This document shows positions 45,102 to 55,846 of a stretch of DNA of 64,000 nt, in pieces (the first letter of the stretch is position 1; the number at the start of each line of letters is the position of its first letter). Under the pieces are notes generated by a model that did not search any database, had not been told where the DNA came from, and saw only the letters and a list, made by a program, of their open reading frames with translations. The position numbers and the translations under genes were made by a program. This stretch comes from Candidatus Micrarchaeota archaeon (GTDB lineage Archaea; Micrarchaeota; Micrarchaeia; Anstonellales; Bilamarchaeaceae). Location: contig JACRGB010000003.1 of assembly GCA_016212505.1 (NCBI GenBank), positions 27,561-91,560 of the forward strand, read 5' to 3'.

Positions 45102-48100
45102 CTGACAAAAACATTAATCATCCTATCCATTGAGTTCGTATCCTCAATAGAACCAGTATTGTTAATTGTAAAGTAGACCTGGGTAGGTGGACCGAAATTG
45201 GAAGAAGGCCATACATCTCCGGATAAACCACGTGGACTGAGAGTAATTAACGCGCAGCCTGAAGGGCCAGTTGCAATAGAACTTATTGATTGATTGGTAT
45301 ACGGATCAAACATCGCCAATGCAGTAGTCTGAGGCGGAGAATTCTGTGAGAACGTCATTGCAGTCGCATTTGTGATGTTTGCATTTGATAGAGGAAGTGG
45401 CGGGAAGGCATAGCTTTCAGCGCAAACCAGCACAGAAACATTTTGAGCAGAGTTATTGACATTTGCAAATGGAGTTGTGTCAGTTCTTGCCCTATAACTT
45501 CCGAATTTTAGGAAAGATAGATTACCGGAACTTGAATTTTGCATTACTGCAAGTTTTAGCTGGTCCTGGAATGGGATCTGGAAGAACTGGAATACAGATG
45601 AAATGGTGCAGTTTGCGCCATCGCAGAATGCGGGAGTGGAGGTGTTCATATTGCTAACATAATTTATTGAAATGGACTTATCAGTTGAATTGAAAGTGAC
45701 ATTGGAGGTCTTGTTTCCAAAATTGTAGGAGAAGAGGGAGAGGTTTGTGGCGTTGAAAAGTTCTACGTTGCCTGTAGATGCATTTGAAAGGGTTACATTC
45801 ATATCATTAGTTACTTCCCGTATTTGCCTGAAATTATCAGCACCAAGGGTAGAGGCATAAGGCCTGAAGTTACGGGCCACAATAGTCGGATTTGTTGACA
45901 TACCGAATTGGTTGCCTCCGGGGCTGGAACTGTCGTTATAGGTAGTGCCGTTGATTCTCCAGAATATAGTGTACACTCCGGAAGTCGTTAGGTTAAGGGT
46001 AAGAAGCGCAAGGCCATTTGAGTCAGTAACATTTGTAACTACAGTATAATTAGAAGGATCGACAAGAGTCCCAATTCCAAAACTATTTCCAGTGCGTCTA
46101 TATAACGAGGTTATGTTTGCAGTAGAGCCATTGGCTGATAGAGATCCAGCTTTGAATACTAACGGGACAGTTATGTTGGTATTGACACCATATTCACCTA
46201 GATTAAACATGGAAGAAAATAATGAGCCAGAACTTATTGGTCCAGAATAAACTGCCCTGAAATAGCTGCAGCTGTCAATTGAAACCAACGAATAATTGGC
46301 ACCGATAGAACGATTTGTCACATTAACGATAGTGAAGGCAGAAGCATTGTTCATACTATTCGGAGTTGTTTTATTTCGTACAAGTAAAGTATCAAATCGA
46401 CCGGTATTGGCAGAATCAAGAATCATAAATGATACGTTCGGGAAGAATGAGGTATCAGCGGGTTGATTCATCGTAACATCCTTTAATGGAATGAAGAAAT
46501 AGTCATTTTGGCCGCCGAATGCAGAAATATTATTATAACAAACAGTATCACTGAAACTAAGGTTGCCACCTAGAAGAGTTTGATTAATAAATGACATATT
46601 CCATCCATATTGAAGCAACTGCATATCCATGAACTGTGGTATTGCCATGCCGCCATTCCCTTGTCTAAGATCGCCACCGTATAAAGGCACATAAGCAAGA
46701 ACATTTGCTACGGTAATATGATAAAAGATAGTGGAACGATCACCGCTTGCACCAACCACTTCAATCATTATATTATTTGAACCTTTTGATATGCTCGTTG
46801 GTATTGTCATATTAAGTTCATATAGCATAAATGAGCGGTTATCAAAGAATCGAGTATTATTTCGAAGATAGGACATATTATAAGAGGTTACTGTAGTTGG
46901 AGGAAACGGACCTTCTTTGTTCATTCTTATTGAAGTTATATTTGTAAGATTGGCAAAGGAGGCAATTCTTAGAGTTATATTTGAACCAATGTTCCCAGTC
47001 TGCGGTTGTTGGAAAGGGTTGCTCTGATTTCCAGCATCTGGACCAAACGGTATATACGTTTCTAAACTAGAACCAACTGGAACGCCGCTATCAAAGTCTT
47101 GGCAAGCGACATCGCCAGAAGTACAAACTCTAGGTCTTATGGCAAGGAAGCCACTCCCTGATCCCCATGAGGAAGCTTGAGAGCCATTTGATGTGGTGAA
47201 GTTTTGCGGGCAAATTATTAGAGAGCCGCCGCTTTGGTTAAGACTTGCATTTAAGGTACTCGCACTAGAACTAAGAGAATCAGGCCTTTGACCTCCTGAA
47301 CCTCCGAAGAAATTCATAAATGATACTTGTGGGACAGATAGAGTGCCTGCAGTAAAGTTAGAGCCATTTGTTAAACCTACAGAAGTTGTGTTGAGTAAAA
47401 TACAGCCAGATTTTGAAACTTGGAAGAAAAAACCTCCGCCAGAAGATGATGTCCCAACGGGGGTGGCCTGAATATTGGCACTAATCACACTGCAAGAGAA
47501 GAAACCAGGAATAATCTCATTCCTAACTACTCCACCATCAGGATAAGAAGCATTAAACATGACAACATATCGACCTGGAGGCAAAGAGCAACTATAGGAA
47601 ATGTTTGCAGCAATTGAACCATTTGAATCACTAGTACTCGAAGCATTCATAGAAAGACAGGAAGAGACATCTCTGCCACTTAATTCAGAAATTACTTTAG
47701 ATAAATTACTTGTAAATGATACGCCACTTATGGCTGAACCAGTTTCTACGAGATTTACTCTACCATTAAAGGCTACAATGTCGCCAGAAGCGCAACGAAT
47801 TTGACCAGAACCCCCAAATCCGCCAGGTCCCCCAGGAGGCGGAGGATTTTCGCCAGTTTTATTTGCAAGGCCACCACCAACAGCAGGTGCCATAAAACCA
47901 ACAAGGCGTTTTGCAATTATCGGAACATTTGAAGTGAGACTGTCTCCATAAATCGTAGTTGCCGAAACACCTACGAGCATAATATCGGTATAATTAGGAG
48001 GAAGAGTTATTGTAACTGTGTTTGTAGTATTACTTACACTATTGTTGAATCCATACTGACCAGGCAAAATATTTGTACCAGAAACAAAGTGTAAAATATT

Positions 48101-49624
48101 TGTGGCATTCATCATGGAAAATGCATTTGAGATTTCTGCACCCTCGTTGGAAATATTATAAAGTTGGAATAGTAAAGTAATATTAGATCCTGGTTTAAGA
48201 AGCATCTGGAAAGAGTCTTGGCCAGAGCCTCCTGAACTTAATGGAACTACTTTTAGAAGATATCTTTGAACTTGAAAAGTATACACTCCAGAATAATTTC
48301 TTCCCTGATAGGTAACTTGCGCAGTGGTTTTATAGAATCCAGTATCATTTGGTGCAGCAAAAGTCAGTGCACAGATAGTTGAACCCAGATAACTAGTATT
48401 AGTAAAGTTGAAACTTCCCACATAAGATCGATAATCAGTATTATTTTGAAGACGAAGTAGAGAAGTTACAGTTACTGCTGAACAATTAACGGTATTATTA
48501 TCTGAAGGGAAAGAACTATGAGATAGGAATTGATTATTACTGAGATTGGTGAGCAGGAAAAACAAAGTCATATTAGCACCTGGTTTTGCGCCATTAAATC
48601 CAAGGTCAGATAATTCAACAAATTTGCCTTCATCTGCATTTGTAGGTTGAAGAGAGGCAGATAACGAGGTTATACTAAATTTAAATGATGATTCCAAAAC
48701 GTTACTAGAAACAGTTGATTGGGCAATTAGTTTATACGTACCTTCGGTAGAAGGAAGAGTTATGTTTTTCTCATAAACACCTGGAGAAGTTTCACTAAAA
48801 CTACTAATTGAGGAAGCAGTACCATCTGGATAGGTTAAAGTTGCAGCCACGGTTTGACTACTAAATACCGAACCATTTGAATTTGATCTAAGAAGAACAC
48901 TGACAGTAGCATTTTCAGAAGGTGAAAATAAATTTGAAGCAAAACCGGATCTCTTTAGGGTTACGATAAGTTGACTATCTGAGATTAAATTAATGAAAAG
49001 AGTTCCCGCACCATGGCCAATTACAATAAAGTAAGACCCTGAATTGTTAGTAGGAGTAACTGTGTAATTTATATTTCCATTAGAAGCACTGCCATTTGAA
49101 AGATTGGTAAAGACCCAGTCAGTCCCATTAGCAAAACTTGATGCTGAAAATGCATTGATATTTGGAAGGATATTAGCAACTCCCCCGCCAGAGGAATTTG
49201 TAAGATTTATCGATATATTGAATGGTGTTCCTGGAGAAAAGGAAGGCGAACCAATAAAAGCAATTGAAACATTTGATATGTTAGAAACAATTAAGGGAAA
49301 TATAACAGTTAGTGCGGAAGAATTTGAGGTAATTGTTATGTTATAGATACCTTCTGAAGAAGGTGAAGTCAGATACACCCTAAATGTTCCGTCACTTCCG
49401 CTCAGATTGGATGCAACAGACATGCTACTATTTGAAGAATTACCTATAGTTACGGTTACATTAACATTAGAATAATTTTGTGAAGATGAGTTCAGTGCCT
49501 GGCCTCCCACACTAAAAGCAGTGGAAGGGGCAACAAACGGGGGGGCATTTGGTATAACCGCATCAGCAAAAGAGACAGCACAAAAAACCACTAAAACCGA
49601 AAACAATAATAAAATTGGGCGCAT
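45098..49624 (-). CDS. Large (1508 aa) secreted, heavily N-glycosylatable surface protein (S-layer/canopy-like)
   Basis: Signal peptide MRPILLLFSVLVVFCAVSFADA. Very dense N-x-S/T sequons (NSSNSSMSVASNLSGS, NITITSNSS, NISNVSIAF...). Ser/Thr/Asn/Gly-rich and beta-type composition. No TM. Confidence 0.8.
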   Translation of the reverse strand: MRPILLLFSVLVVFCAVSFADAVIPNAPPFVAPSTAFSVGGQALNSSSQNYSNVNVTVTIGNSSNSSMSVASNLSGSDGTFRVYLTSPSSEGIYNITITSNSSALTVIFPLIVSNISNVSIAFIGSPSFSPGTPFNISINLTNSSGGGVANILPNINAFSASSFANGTDWVFTNLSNGSASNGNINYTVTPTNNSGSYFIVIGHGAGTLFINLISDSQLIVTLKRSGFASNLFSPSENATVSVLLRSNSNGSVFSSQTVAATLTYPDGTASSISSFSETSPGVYEKNITLPSTEGTYKLIAQSTVSSNVLESSFKFSITSLSASLQPTNADEGKFVELSDLGFNGAKPGANMTLFFLLTNLSNNQFLSHSSFPSDNNTVNCSAVTVTSLLRLQNNTDYRSYVGSFNFTNTSYLGSTICALTFAAPNDTGFYKTTAQVTYQGRNYSGVYTFQVQRYLLKVVPLSSGGSGQDSFQMLLKPGSNITLLFQLYNISNEGAEISNAFSMMNATNILHFVSGTNILPGQYGFNNSVSNTTNTVTITLPPNYTDIMLVGVSATTIYGDSLTSNVPIIAKRLVGFMAPAVGGGLANKTGENPPPPGGPGGFGGSGQIRCASGDIVAFNGRVNLVETGSAISGVSFTSNLSKVISELSGRDVSSCLSMNASSTSDSNGSIAANISYSCSLPPGRYVVMFNASYPDGGVVRNEIIPGFFSCSVISANIQATPVGTSSSGGGFFFQVSKSGCILLNTTSVGLTNGSNFTAGTLSVPQVSFMNFFGGSGGQRPDSLSSSASTLNASLNQSGGSLIICPQNFTTSNGSQASSWGSGSGFLAIRPRVCTSGDVACQDFDSGVPVGSSLETYIPFGPDAGNQSNPFQQPQTGNIGSNITLRIASFANLTNITSIRMNKEGPFPPTTVTSYNMSYLRNNTRFFDNRSFMLYELNMTIPTSISKGSNNIMIEVVGASGDRSTIFYHITVANVLAYVPLYGGDLRQGNGGMAIPQFMDMQLLQYGWNMSFINQTLLGGNLSFSDTVCYNNISAFGGQNDYFFIPLKDVTMNQPADTSFFPNVSFMILDSANTGRFDTLLVRNKTTPNSMNNASAFTIVNVTNRSIGANYSLVSIDSCSYFRAVYSGPISSGSLFSSMFNLGEYGVNTNITVPLVFKAGSLSANGSTANITSLYRRTGNSFGIGTLVDPSNYTVVTNVTDSNGLALLTLNLTTSGVYTIFWRINGTTYNDSSSPGGNQFGMSTNPTIVARNFRPYASTLGADNFRQIREVTNDMNVTLSNASTGNVELFNATNLSLFSYNFGNKTSNVTFNSTDKSISINYVSNMNTSTPAFCDGANCTISSVFQFFQIPFQDQLKLAVMQNSSSGNLSFLKFGSYRARTDTTPFANVNNSAQNVSVLVCAESYAFPPLPLSNANITNATAMTFSQNSPPQTTALAMFDPYTNQSISSIATGPSGCALITLSPRGLSGDVWPSSNFGPPTQVYFTINNTGSIEDTNSMDRMINVFVR

Positions 49625-49640
49625 GACTGAACAAAAAGAA

Positions 49641-49656
49641 TAAAATATATAAAGCT
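49641..49656 (-). promoter_or_regulatory. TATA-box-like element for the surface-protein operon
   Basis: The minus strand reads cTTTATATATTTTa, ~20-30 nt upstream of the ATG at 49624. Consistent with an archaeal TATA at about -26 and a leaderless or short-leader mRNA. Confidence 0.35.
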
Positions 49657-49752
49657 ATCGTTGAGTTGTCGGCGATTGTAAAGAAAAACGGTGAACAGAA
49701 CATAAAAGATTCGGAAAGAATTCTGTATGCATTCGGAGCGGCACCTAAAACA

Positions 49753-50154
49753 TTATTTTGTTTGTATTCGTCTCGCAACCTCTTTCAGATGCCCGAACCG
49801 TCTGTCCATATCATTCTGCATTTCGCTCAATGTCTGCTCGAGGTTATCTCCTCGAAGACGATAGATGCGTCCGTCCCGAATTACTAGGCCAGATCGCTGG
49901 AACATATTAAGATGATAAATAACTGCAGCCTGACTTACTTCGCTTAGTTCCATAATATCTTTAGAAGAAATACCAGTTCCTTGCCCGCTTGCTTTGACCA
50001 AAGCCCGGAAAACTAAAAGGCCAACGTCGTCCCGTTCATCCCCAAGCCCAAGACACTGATATATATAGTCTATTTCAGCATTCTCATCCTGCTCCTGCTG
50101 AGGGAGGGCGATATAACGGATAATGATCTGACGGTAATATTTTCTTTGCGTCAT
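49753..50154 (-). CDS. Winged-helix (ArsR-like) transcriptional regulator, divergent from the grpE-dnaK operon
   Basis: 133 aa. HTH region SKDIMELSEVSQAAVIYHLNMFQRSGLVIRDGRIYRL. Confidence 0.6.
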   Translation of the reverse strand: MTQRKYYRQIIIRYIALPQQEQDENAEIDYIYQCLGLGDERDDVGLLVFRALVKASGQGTGISSKDIMELSEVSQAAVIYHLNMFQRSGLVIRDGRIYRLRGDNLEQTLSEMQNDMDRRFGHLKEVARRIQTK

Positions 50155-50206
50155 AGGTAATGAATTTAACCTAAATATTTAAAAATCCTTCTAAATATTA
50201 AACAAT

Positions 50207-50806
50207 TTGTTAAAAAAATCAACAGAACATGAAATGGTGATTACTATAGCTGATGATAAAAAAACAATAGGAAATCAAAAATTTGATGAACTCAAAGCAC
50301 CACCAGAAGAAAAGTTAGTTGAACATGAAAAACAAGACTTGCTAGAAGAAAAGTCCGGAACGCATGAGAAAGATCAGAAACTCAAGGAGTTAGCAGATCG
50401 AATGTTAAGAATGCAGGCAGATTTTGAAAATTACAAAAAAAGGACTGCCAAGGAAAACGAATCGATGCGCGAATTTGCAAATGTGGATTTGCTTCTCAAA
50501 CTACTAACTATTGTGGATGATTTTGAAATCGCCTTAGACCATGTTGAGCAGTCCAAATCCAAAGAGTTCAAAACAGGAATGGAGCTTTTGTATGCCAAAT
50601 TTTTAGACTTACTAAAAAAAGAAGGAGTAGACGGGATGAAGGTAGCCGGAGAAAAATTTGATCCATACAAACATGAGGCGCTTCGGCAAGGTGAAGGTGA
50701 GGAAGGGAAGATAGTTGAAGTAATGCAAAAAGGATATTTGTTTAGGGGAAAAGTACTCCGGCATGCTAAAGTAGTTGTCGGAATGGGCCAGGGTGAGAAA
50801 AAGTAA
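50207..50806 (+). CDS. grpE: GrpE nucleotide exchange factor
   Basis: 199 aa. RMQADFENYKKRTAKE and the C-terminal beta-domain (GYLFRGKVLRHAKVVV) are GrpE hallmarks. Confidence 0.9.
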   Translation: MLKKSTEHEMVITIADDKKTIGNQKFDELKAPPEEKLVEHEKQDLLEEKSGTHEKDQKLKELADRMLRMQADFENYKKRTAKENESMREFANVDLLLKLLTIVDDFEIALDHVEQSKSKEFKTGMELLYAKFLDLLKKEGVDGMKVAGEKFDPYKHEALRQGEGEEGKIVEVMQKGYLFRGKVLRHAKVVVGMGQGEKK

Positions 50807-51011
50807 GAGGTGTTGGCATGAATCGCCAGATTATGAGCATGGATAAATTAGCTGAAATGGGATTCGATAGCGAAAAGCAGTTAATAGAATATTTGAAAAT
50901 AATGCGATCACTGCAAAAGCAAAAAATACTGGTGGGTATCGCAAGTTAGTTTGGTTATGCTAAATTGAATTATGTTAAAAAAAATGAAGTGTAATAAGGA
51001 GGGAAATTTTT

Positions 51012-52877
51012 ATGGGAAGAATAATTGGTATTGATTTAGGAACAAGTAATTCAGCAGCAGCATATTTGGAAAATGGAAGGCCGAAAATTATTCCAAGTGC
51101 TGAAGGAATAACTCAATATGGGAAAGCATTTCCAAGTTATGTTGCACTTACAAAAGATGGCCAAAGAATAATTGGTGAACCAGCCAGAAGGCAGGCAGTA
51201 ACAAATGCTGAAGGAACGGTTTCAGCATTCAAAAGAAAAATGGGAACCGACTATAAATACCAGATTTTTGGGAAAGAATATCGGCCGCAGGAATTATCTG
51301 CATTTATTTTGCAGAAGATAAAAAAAGATGCAGAAGAGTTCTTGGGCGAAACTGTTGATAAAGTTGTGATCACAGTTCCTGCTTACTTTAATGATAATCA
51401 GAGGCAGGCGACCAAAGATGCCGGGTCAATTGCAGGTTTAGAAGTGACCAGGCTAGTTAACGAGCCAACTGCAGCATGCCTTGCATATGGGTTGGATAAA
51501 GTCGGCAAGGACATGAAGATCCTTGTTTTCGATTTAGGCGGAGGAACCTTAGATGTAACCATCATGGATTTTGGTGGGGGCGTTTTCGAAGTAAAATCCA
51601 CAAATGGAGATACACAATTAGGCGGAACGGATATGGATAGAATAATTTCAGAATATCTTACCGATCAATTTAGGAAGGAGAGTGGTGTCGATGTCAGTAA
51701 AGATAAGCAAGCACAGCGCAGAATCTTGGAAGCAGCTGAGAAGGCGAAAATTGAGTTATCAACAACTCTTGAATCTGAGGTCAATTTGCCTTTCCTTACT
51801 TCAGTAAATAATGAGCCGAAACATTTTGTGCACAAATTAACCAAGGCAAAACTTGAGGACCTTATAAGGCCGATTATTGAAAAATGCCGTGGCCCAATTG
51901 AGCAGGCAATGAGGGATGCAAAACTATCGCCTGCCCAGATTGACAAAATAATTATGGTCGGTGGTCCGACAAGAATGCCAATTGTGCAGAAATTCGTTGA
52001 AGATACTGTTGGCAAGAAAGTGGAAAGAGGAATCGACCCGATGGAATGTGTTGCAATGGGCGCAGCAATCCAGGGAGGAGTTCTTTCTGGCGAAGTAAAA
52101 GACATTCTTTTGTTAGATGTTACTCCACTTTCATTAGGCCTTGAAACAATGGGTGGCGTTTCAACAAAATTGATTGAAAGGAATACAACAATACCAACCA
52201 AAAAGAGCCAGGTATTCTCTACCGCAAGCGACATGCAGACCGCAGTCGATATCCACATCTTACAGGGCGAGCGACCGATGGCAAAGGACAATGTTTCACT
52301 AGGTAAATTTACCTTAGTTGGGATACCACCAGCGCCACGAGGAGTACCGCAAGTTGAGGTTACATTTGATATTGATGCAAATGGTATTTTGCATGTTAGC
52401 GCAAAAGATAAGGCTAGCAACAAGGAACAGAGTATGAGGGTTAGTTCGCCAATGAAAATGTCTGATAGCGAAATAAAAGCAAAAATGGGAGACGCGGATA
52501 AATTTGCTGAAGAAGATAAGAAAGCATTTGAACTGGCGACTGCCAAAAACGAAGCTGAATCCATGCTTTATTTGGTCAAGAAAACTGAGGAAGAATTCAA
52601 GGCTAAAATGTCCAAGGAGCAGTTTGATAAAATTGAAGAAGCCAAAAAGAGACTTGAAGATGCTTTAATTAGCGAAGACGTTGCGAAGATTCGAAGCGAA
52701 ACTGAAGCGCTCAAAAAAGTTTTGGAAGAAGTTGGCGGATCATTCTACCAGCAGGCAGGAGGCCCGAACATGGGCGGAGAGGGACAGCCACCTCCGGGCG
52801 GAAACGAAGGAGGGGAAAAGCAGGGAAACGGGCCGGACGAAAAAGTTGTCGACGGGAAGTACGAGAATGTTAAATAG
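51012..52877 (+). CDS. dnaK: Chaperone DnaK (Hsp70)
   Basis: 621 aa. Motifs [34 protein letters not shown]-terminal G/P-rich tail. Confidence 0.97.
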   Translation: MGRIIGIDLGTSNSAAAYLENGRPKIIPSAEGITQYGKAFPSYVALTKDGQRIIGEPARRQAVTNAEGTVSAFKRKMGTDYKYQIFGKEYRPQELSAFILQKIKKDAEEFLGETVDKVVITVPAYFNDNQRQATKDAGSIAGLEVTRLVNEPTAACLAYGLDKVGKDMKILVFDLGGGTLDVTIMDFGGGVFEVKSTNGDTQLGGTDMDRIISEYLTDQFRKESGVDVSKDKQAQRRILEAAEKAKIELSTTLESEVNLPFLTSVNNEPKHFVHKLTKAKLEDLIRPIIEKCRGPIEQAMRDAKLSPAQIDKIIMVGGPTRMPIVQKFVEDTVGKKVERGIDPMECVAMGAAIQGGVLSGEVKDILLLDVTPLSLGLETMGGVSTKLIERNTTIPTKKSQVFSTASDMQTAVDIHILQGERPMAKDNVSLGKFTLVGIPPAPRGVPQVEVTFDIDANGILHVSAKDKASNKEQSMRVSSPMKMSDSEIKAKMGDADKFAEEDKKAFELATAKNEAESMLYLVKKTEEEFKAKMSKEQFDKIEEAKKRLEDALISEDVAKIRSETEALKKVLEEVGGSFYQQAGGPNMGGEGQPPPGGNEGGEKQGNGPDEKVVDGKYENVK

Positions 52878-52925
52878 GATTAACTATTAGAAATTTCGAA
52901 AATTGGATGAGGAAAGAGGCAAAAA

Positions 52926-53573
52926 ATGTCCAAAAAAAAGAATAACGCAAAAGAATCAATTCCTGGAATTGTCGACGAGTTAAAGAAACTTAACACGAAA
53001 ATGGGCAATATTGAAAAAAATATGCGAAAAGATAACTTAGACAGGTTGTTTGGCAAACTCGAATTTCCTGCAACATTCTTTTTAGGAATTTTGACCCTCT
53101 GGATACTCTATAATCAAAACGCCATACTTCAATATGAGAAGACTCCGATTGTCGATGTGGCTTATTCTTCTTGCCCTCTTAGCTTTACAGGCTATTATGT
53201 TCTGGATGACATTACCTTGCTTCCGAGAGGAGTACGAACCACCCACAAAGTGAAGATAGAATCGAATGAATTAAATAAAGCGTGCGTAAACATTTTCGGT
53301 TCGCCCATTAATACCACGCCTCCAGTTGGTTGTGAGTATGACAAGGCAGAAACATTTTGGTTTTCTGCGGCAGATAATCAAATAAACTATTATTTCATCA
53401 TCTCTCCGAAAAATTGGGGAGACTATCTCCAATATAATATTAGTTACGAATATCACGATAGAATTCAGTTTGGGGATAACAGTTCTATAGGCAAAGCGTA
53501 TCGAACTTGCGAGTATAAGTCTACGAATGGTACATACATATTAAAAAATCAAAGTGGATGGGTATTCGGTTAA
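52926..53573 (+). CDS. Hypothetical membrane-anchored protein inserted between dnaK and dnaJ
   Basis: 215 aa. Charged N-terminus, one TM (FPATFFLGILTLWILY), then a Cys/Tyr/Asn-rich extracytoplasmic domain. Confidence 0.5.
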   Translation: MSKKKNNAKESIPGIVDELKKLNTKMGNIEKNMRKDNLDRLFGKLEFPATFFLGILTLWILYNQNAILQYEKTPIVDVAYSSCPLSFTGYYVLDDITLLPRGVRTTHKVKIESNELNKACVNIFGSPINTTPPVGCEYDKAETFWFSAADNQINYYFIISPKNWGDYLQYNISYEYHDRIQFGDNSSIGKAYRTCEYKSTNGTYILKNQSGWVFG

Positions 53574-53593
53574 AATTTATATGAGGCGAAAGT

Positions 53594-53908
53594 ATGCCAA
53601 AAAACTACCGTTCTGTGCTTGGAGTTTCCAAAGATGCTAGCGAAGAGGACATAAAAAAAGCATACCGAAAACTGGCACTCTTGTACCACCCGGACCGAAA
53701 TCCAGGTGATAAAAAAGCTGAAGAAAAATTCAAAGAGATAAGTGAAGCTTACGCAATACTTACTGGAAAAGAAAAAGAAGCTCCGGAAATAATTGTAAGA
53801 AGATCGCGAAGCAGGGCAAGAGAAGGCGAAATATTCTCCTGGCAAACCGAAGTGGTCCAGATATGGGACGAGATAATAAATCAAAGGGACAATAACATGT
53901 ATCGCTAA
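53594..53908 (+). CDS. J-domain-only protein (short DnaJ-like co-chaperone)
   Basis: 104 aa. [53 protein letters not shown] contains the HPD motif. Confidence 0.75.
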   Translation: MPKNYRSVLGVSKDASEEDIKKAYRKLALLYHPDRNPGDKKAEEKFKEISEAYAILTGKEKEAPEIIVRRSRSRAREGEIFSWQTEVVQIWDEIINQRDNNMYR

Positions 53909-54154
53909 GATAAAGGTAAGTGAGAGGATGAAAAAACCCATACAAAAACCCGCTGATTTGATGGATGCCATGGATCGGTTAGTCAGTAAAACCAAAACAC
54001 CAGATATATTGGAAAAACTTAAGAAAAGCAGGCAGGAATGGTAGGCTGAAAATAGCATTAGTTAGTTTTCCTCGAAAATGTTTTTTTAAATGACCTAACT
54101 AGGGATTCGGGTTGGATGGTTGGGTAAATATGAAACAGTAGATATGATGAATTT

Positions 54155-55300
54155 GTGATATTTATGGCCGAAAAAAGAGATTATTATGAAGTCCTAGGTG
54201 TCGCGAAGGCGGCCAACAAAGAGCAGATCAAGGATGCTTATCGGAAATTAGCGCTAAAATACCATCCTGACCGAAACCCAGGCGATAAGGCATCAGAAGA
54301 AAAATTCAAGGAGCTTAGCGAAGCATATGCTGTTCTTAGTGATGATGGGAAGAGAAGTCAGTACGACCAATATGGCCATGCTGGCTTTGACCAAAGATAT
54401 TCGCAGGAAGATATTTTCCGAGGTGCGGATTTTTCTGATTTTGAGGATATGGTGAAAGGATTTGGTTTTGGTGGCGGCGGAGGTTCGCCATTTGGGGACA
54501 TGTTCGGTTCAATGTTTGGTGGCGGATTTGGCCAAGGGGGAAGGCGAGGCGAGTATGGAGCGGATCTGCAAACCAGAGTGGAAATAACTCTTGAAGAAGC
54601 AGCAAAAGGCGTAAAAAAAGAAATTAGTTATCATCATTCTAAGGCGTGCAACAAGTGTTCGGGAAGCGGAAGCGAACCAGGGAGTAGAAGGACAACCTGC
54701 AGCACCTGCCATGGCCGTGGCCAAGTGCAGCAAGCGCGGCGTGCTGGGCCAATGGCATTTTACACAGTAACCACCTGCAACAAATGCAGTGGAGAGGGCC
54801 AGATGGTTGAGAAACCATGCAAAAACTGTAATGGTTCTGGGAAAATGAGCGGGAATGAGCACATCAACGTGGATATTCCTGCAGGAATTGAAAACGGGAT
54901 GCGCATGAGGCTCGAAAACCTAGGTGAATTTGGCAAAGACGGATCCGGCGACCTTTATGTAGATGTTTATGTCAAAAAACACCAGACATTTGAGCGGGAA
55001 GGGGAAAATATTTGGATAAATAAGGAAATTACTTTCCCAGAAGCAGCACTTGGCGGAGAAGTTGAAGTGCCAACACTCTTTGGAAAGGCAAAACTAAATG
55101 TCCCGGTTGGAACAGCGTCGCATACGGTTTTCCGCCTTAAGGGAGAGGGAATGCCAAAGCTTAGGAGAGGCGGAAAAGGGGATGAGATGGTTCGGGTAAT
55201 TGTTAGCATCCCAAAAAAGCTGACAAAAAAACAAAAGGAACTTTTGGCAGAATTTGAAAAAGAAGGGGAAAAGAAAAGCGGGATATTCGGGGTATTTTAA
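54155..55300 (+). CDS. dnaJ: Chaperone DnaJ (full-length type I)
   Basis: J domain with HPD, G/F-rich region ([23 protein letters not shown]) and four CxxCxGxG zinc-finger repeats, plus the C-terminal domains. The likely start is the Met at 54164 ([13 protein letters not shown]). Confidence 0.95.
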   Translation: MIFMAEKRDYYEVLGVAKAANKEQIKDAYRKLALKYHPDRNPGDKASEEKFKELSEAYAVLSDDGKRSQYDQYGHAGFDQRYSQEDIFRGADFSDFEDMVKGFGFGGGGGSPFGDMFGSMFGGGFGQGGRRGEYGADLQTRVEITLEEAAKGVKKEISYHHSKACNKCSGSGSEPGSRRTTCSTCHGRGQVQQARRAGPMAFYTVTTCNKCSGEGQMVEKPCKNCNGSGKMSGNEHINVDIPAGIENGMRMRLENLGEFGKDGSGDLYVDVYVKKHQTFEREGENIWINKEITFPEAALGGEVEVPTLFGKAKLNVPVGTASHTVFRLKGEGMPKLRRGGKGDEMVRVIVSIPKKLTKKQKELLAEFEKEGEKKSGIFGVF

Positions 55301-55312
55301 AAGTGAAAAAAA

Positions 55313-55735
55313 CTACTCGTGCTCGACCATATAGACAGTGACTTTAGCAGTTCCTGGTTCTGATCCTCGTTCTACCTTTATACGCATTCCATCACTTATT
55401 TGATGGGTGCCGTAAGAATAGCGTTTTCTTTCGGTCTCACCTCTAGTTAGAACTTCGATCCCTTTATCATCCACTTTATCAACAATTCCGGCATGAAGAA
55501 ATATGCGGGAGTCTTGCTTCATCTGAATAACTACAAATTCACTTCTTTGTCCAACGATTCGGGTTCCGAAATCTTCATATTTTTGACAACCGCATAGGGT
55601 TCCCGCCATAAGCGCCGTACTAAATAAAGCAGCTCGAGTTAGAATTCTGGCTGTCGAATAGGTACGGAAAACAATATTGGATCTTTGTAATACTCCACTC
55701 ATTAAGTCCACCTCAATGAAATAGTATATCGACAA
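55313..55735 (-). CDS. Hypothetical small lipoprotein-like protein
   Basis: 140 aa. Internal signal-like segment ...ALFSTALMAGTLCGCQ (lipobox-like Cys). Confidence 0.4.
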   Translation of the reverse strand: MSIYYFIEVDLMSGVLQRSNIVFRTYSTARILTRAALFSTALMAGTLCGCQKYEDFGTRIVGQRSEFVVIQMKQDSRIFLHAGIVDKVDDKGIEVLTRGETERKRYSYGTHQISDGMRIKVERGSEPGTAKVTVYMVEHE

Positions 55736-55846
55736 ATGTATTTAAAAGACCACCGTTATCTTTTGTATTTCTATTGAAGGTAACTTACAAGAAAAACAGA
55801 AAGTCGACGGTGCTGCACAATTAGAAGCAAACTTCGGCACAGCCAA

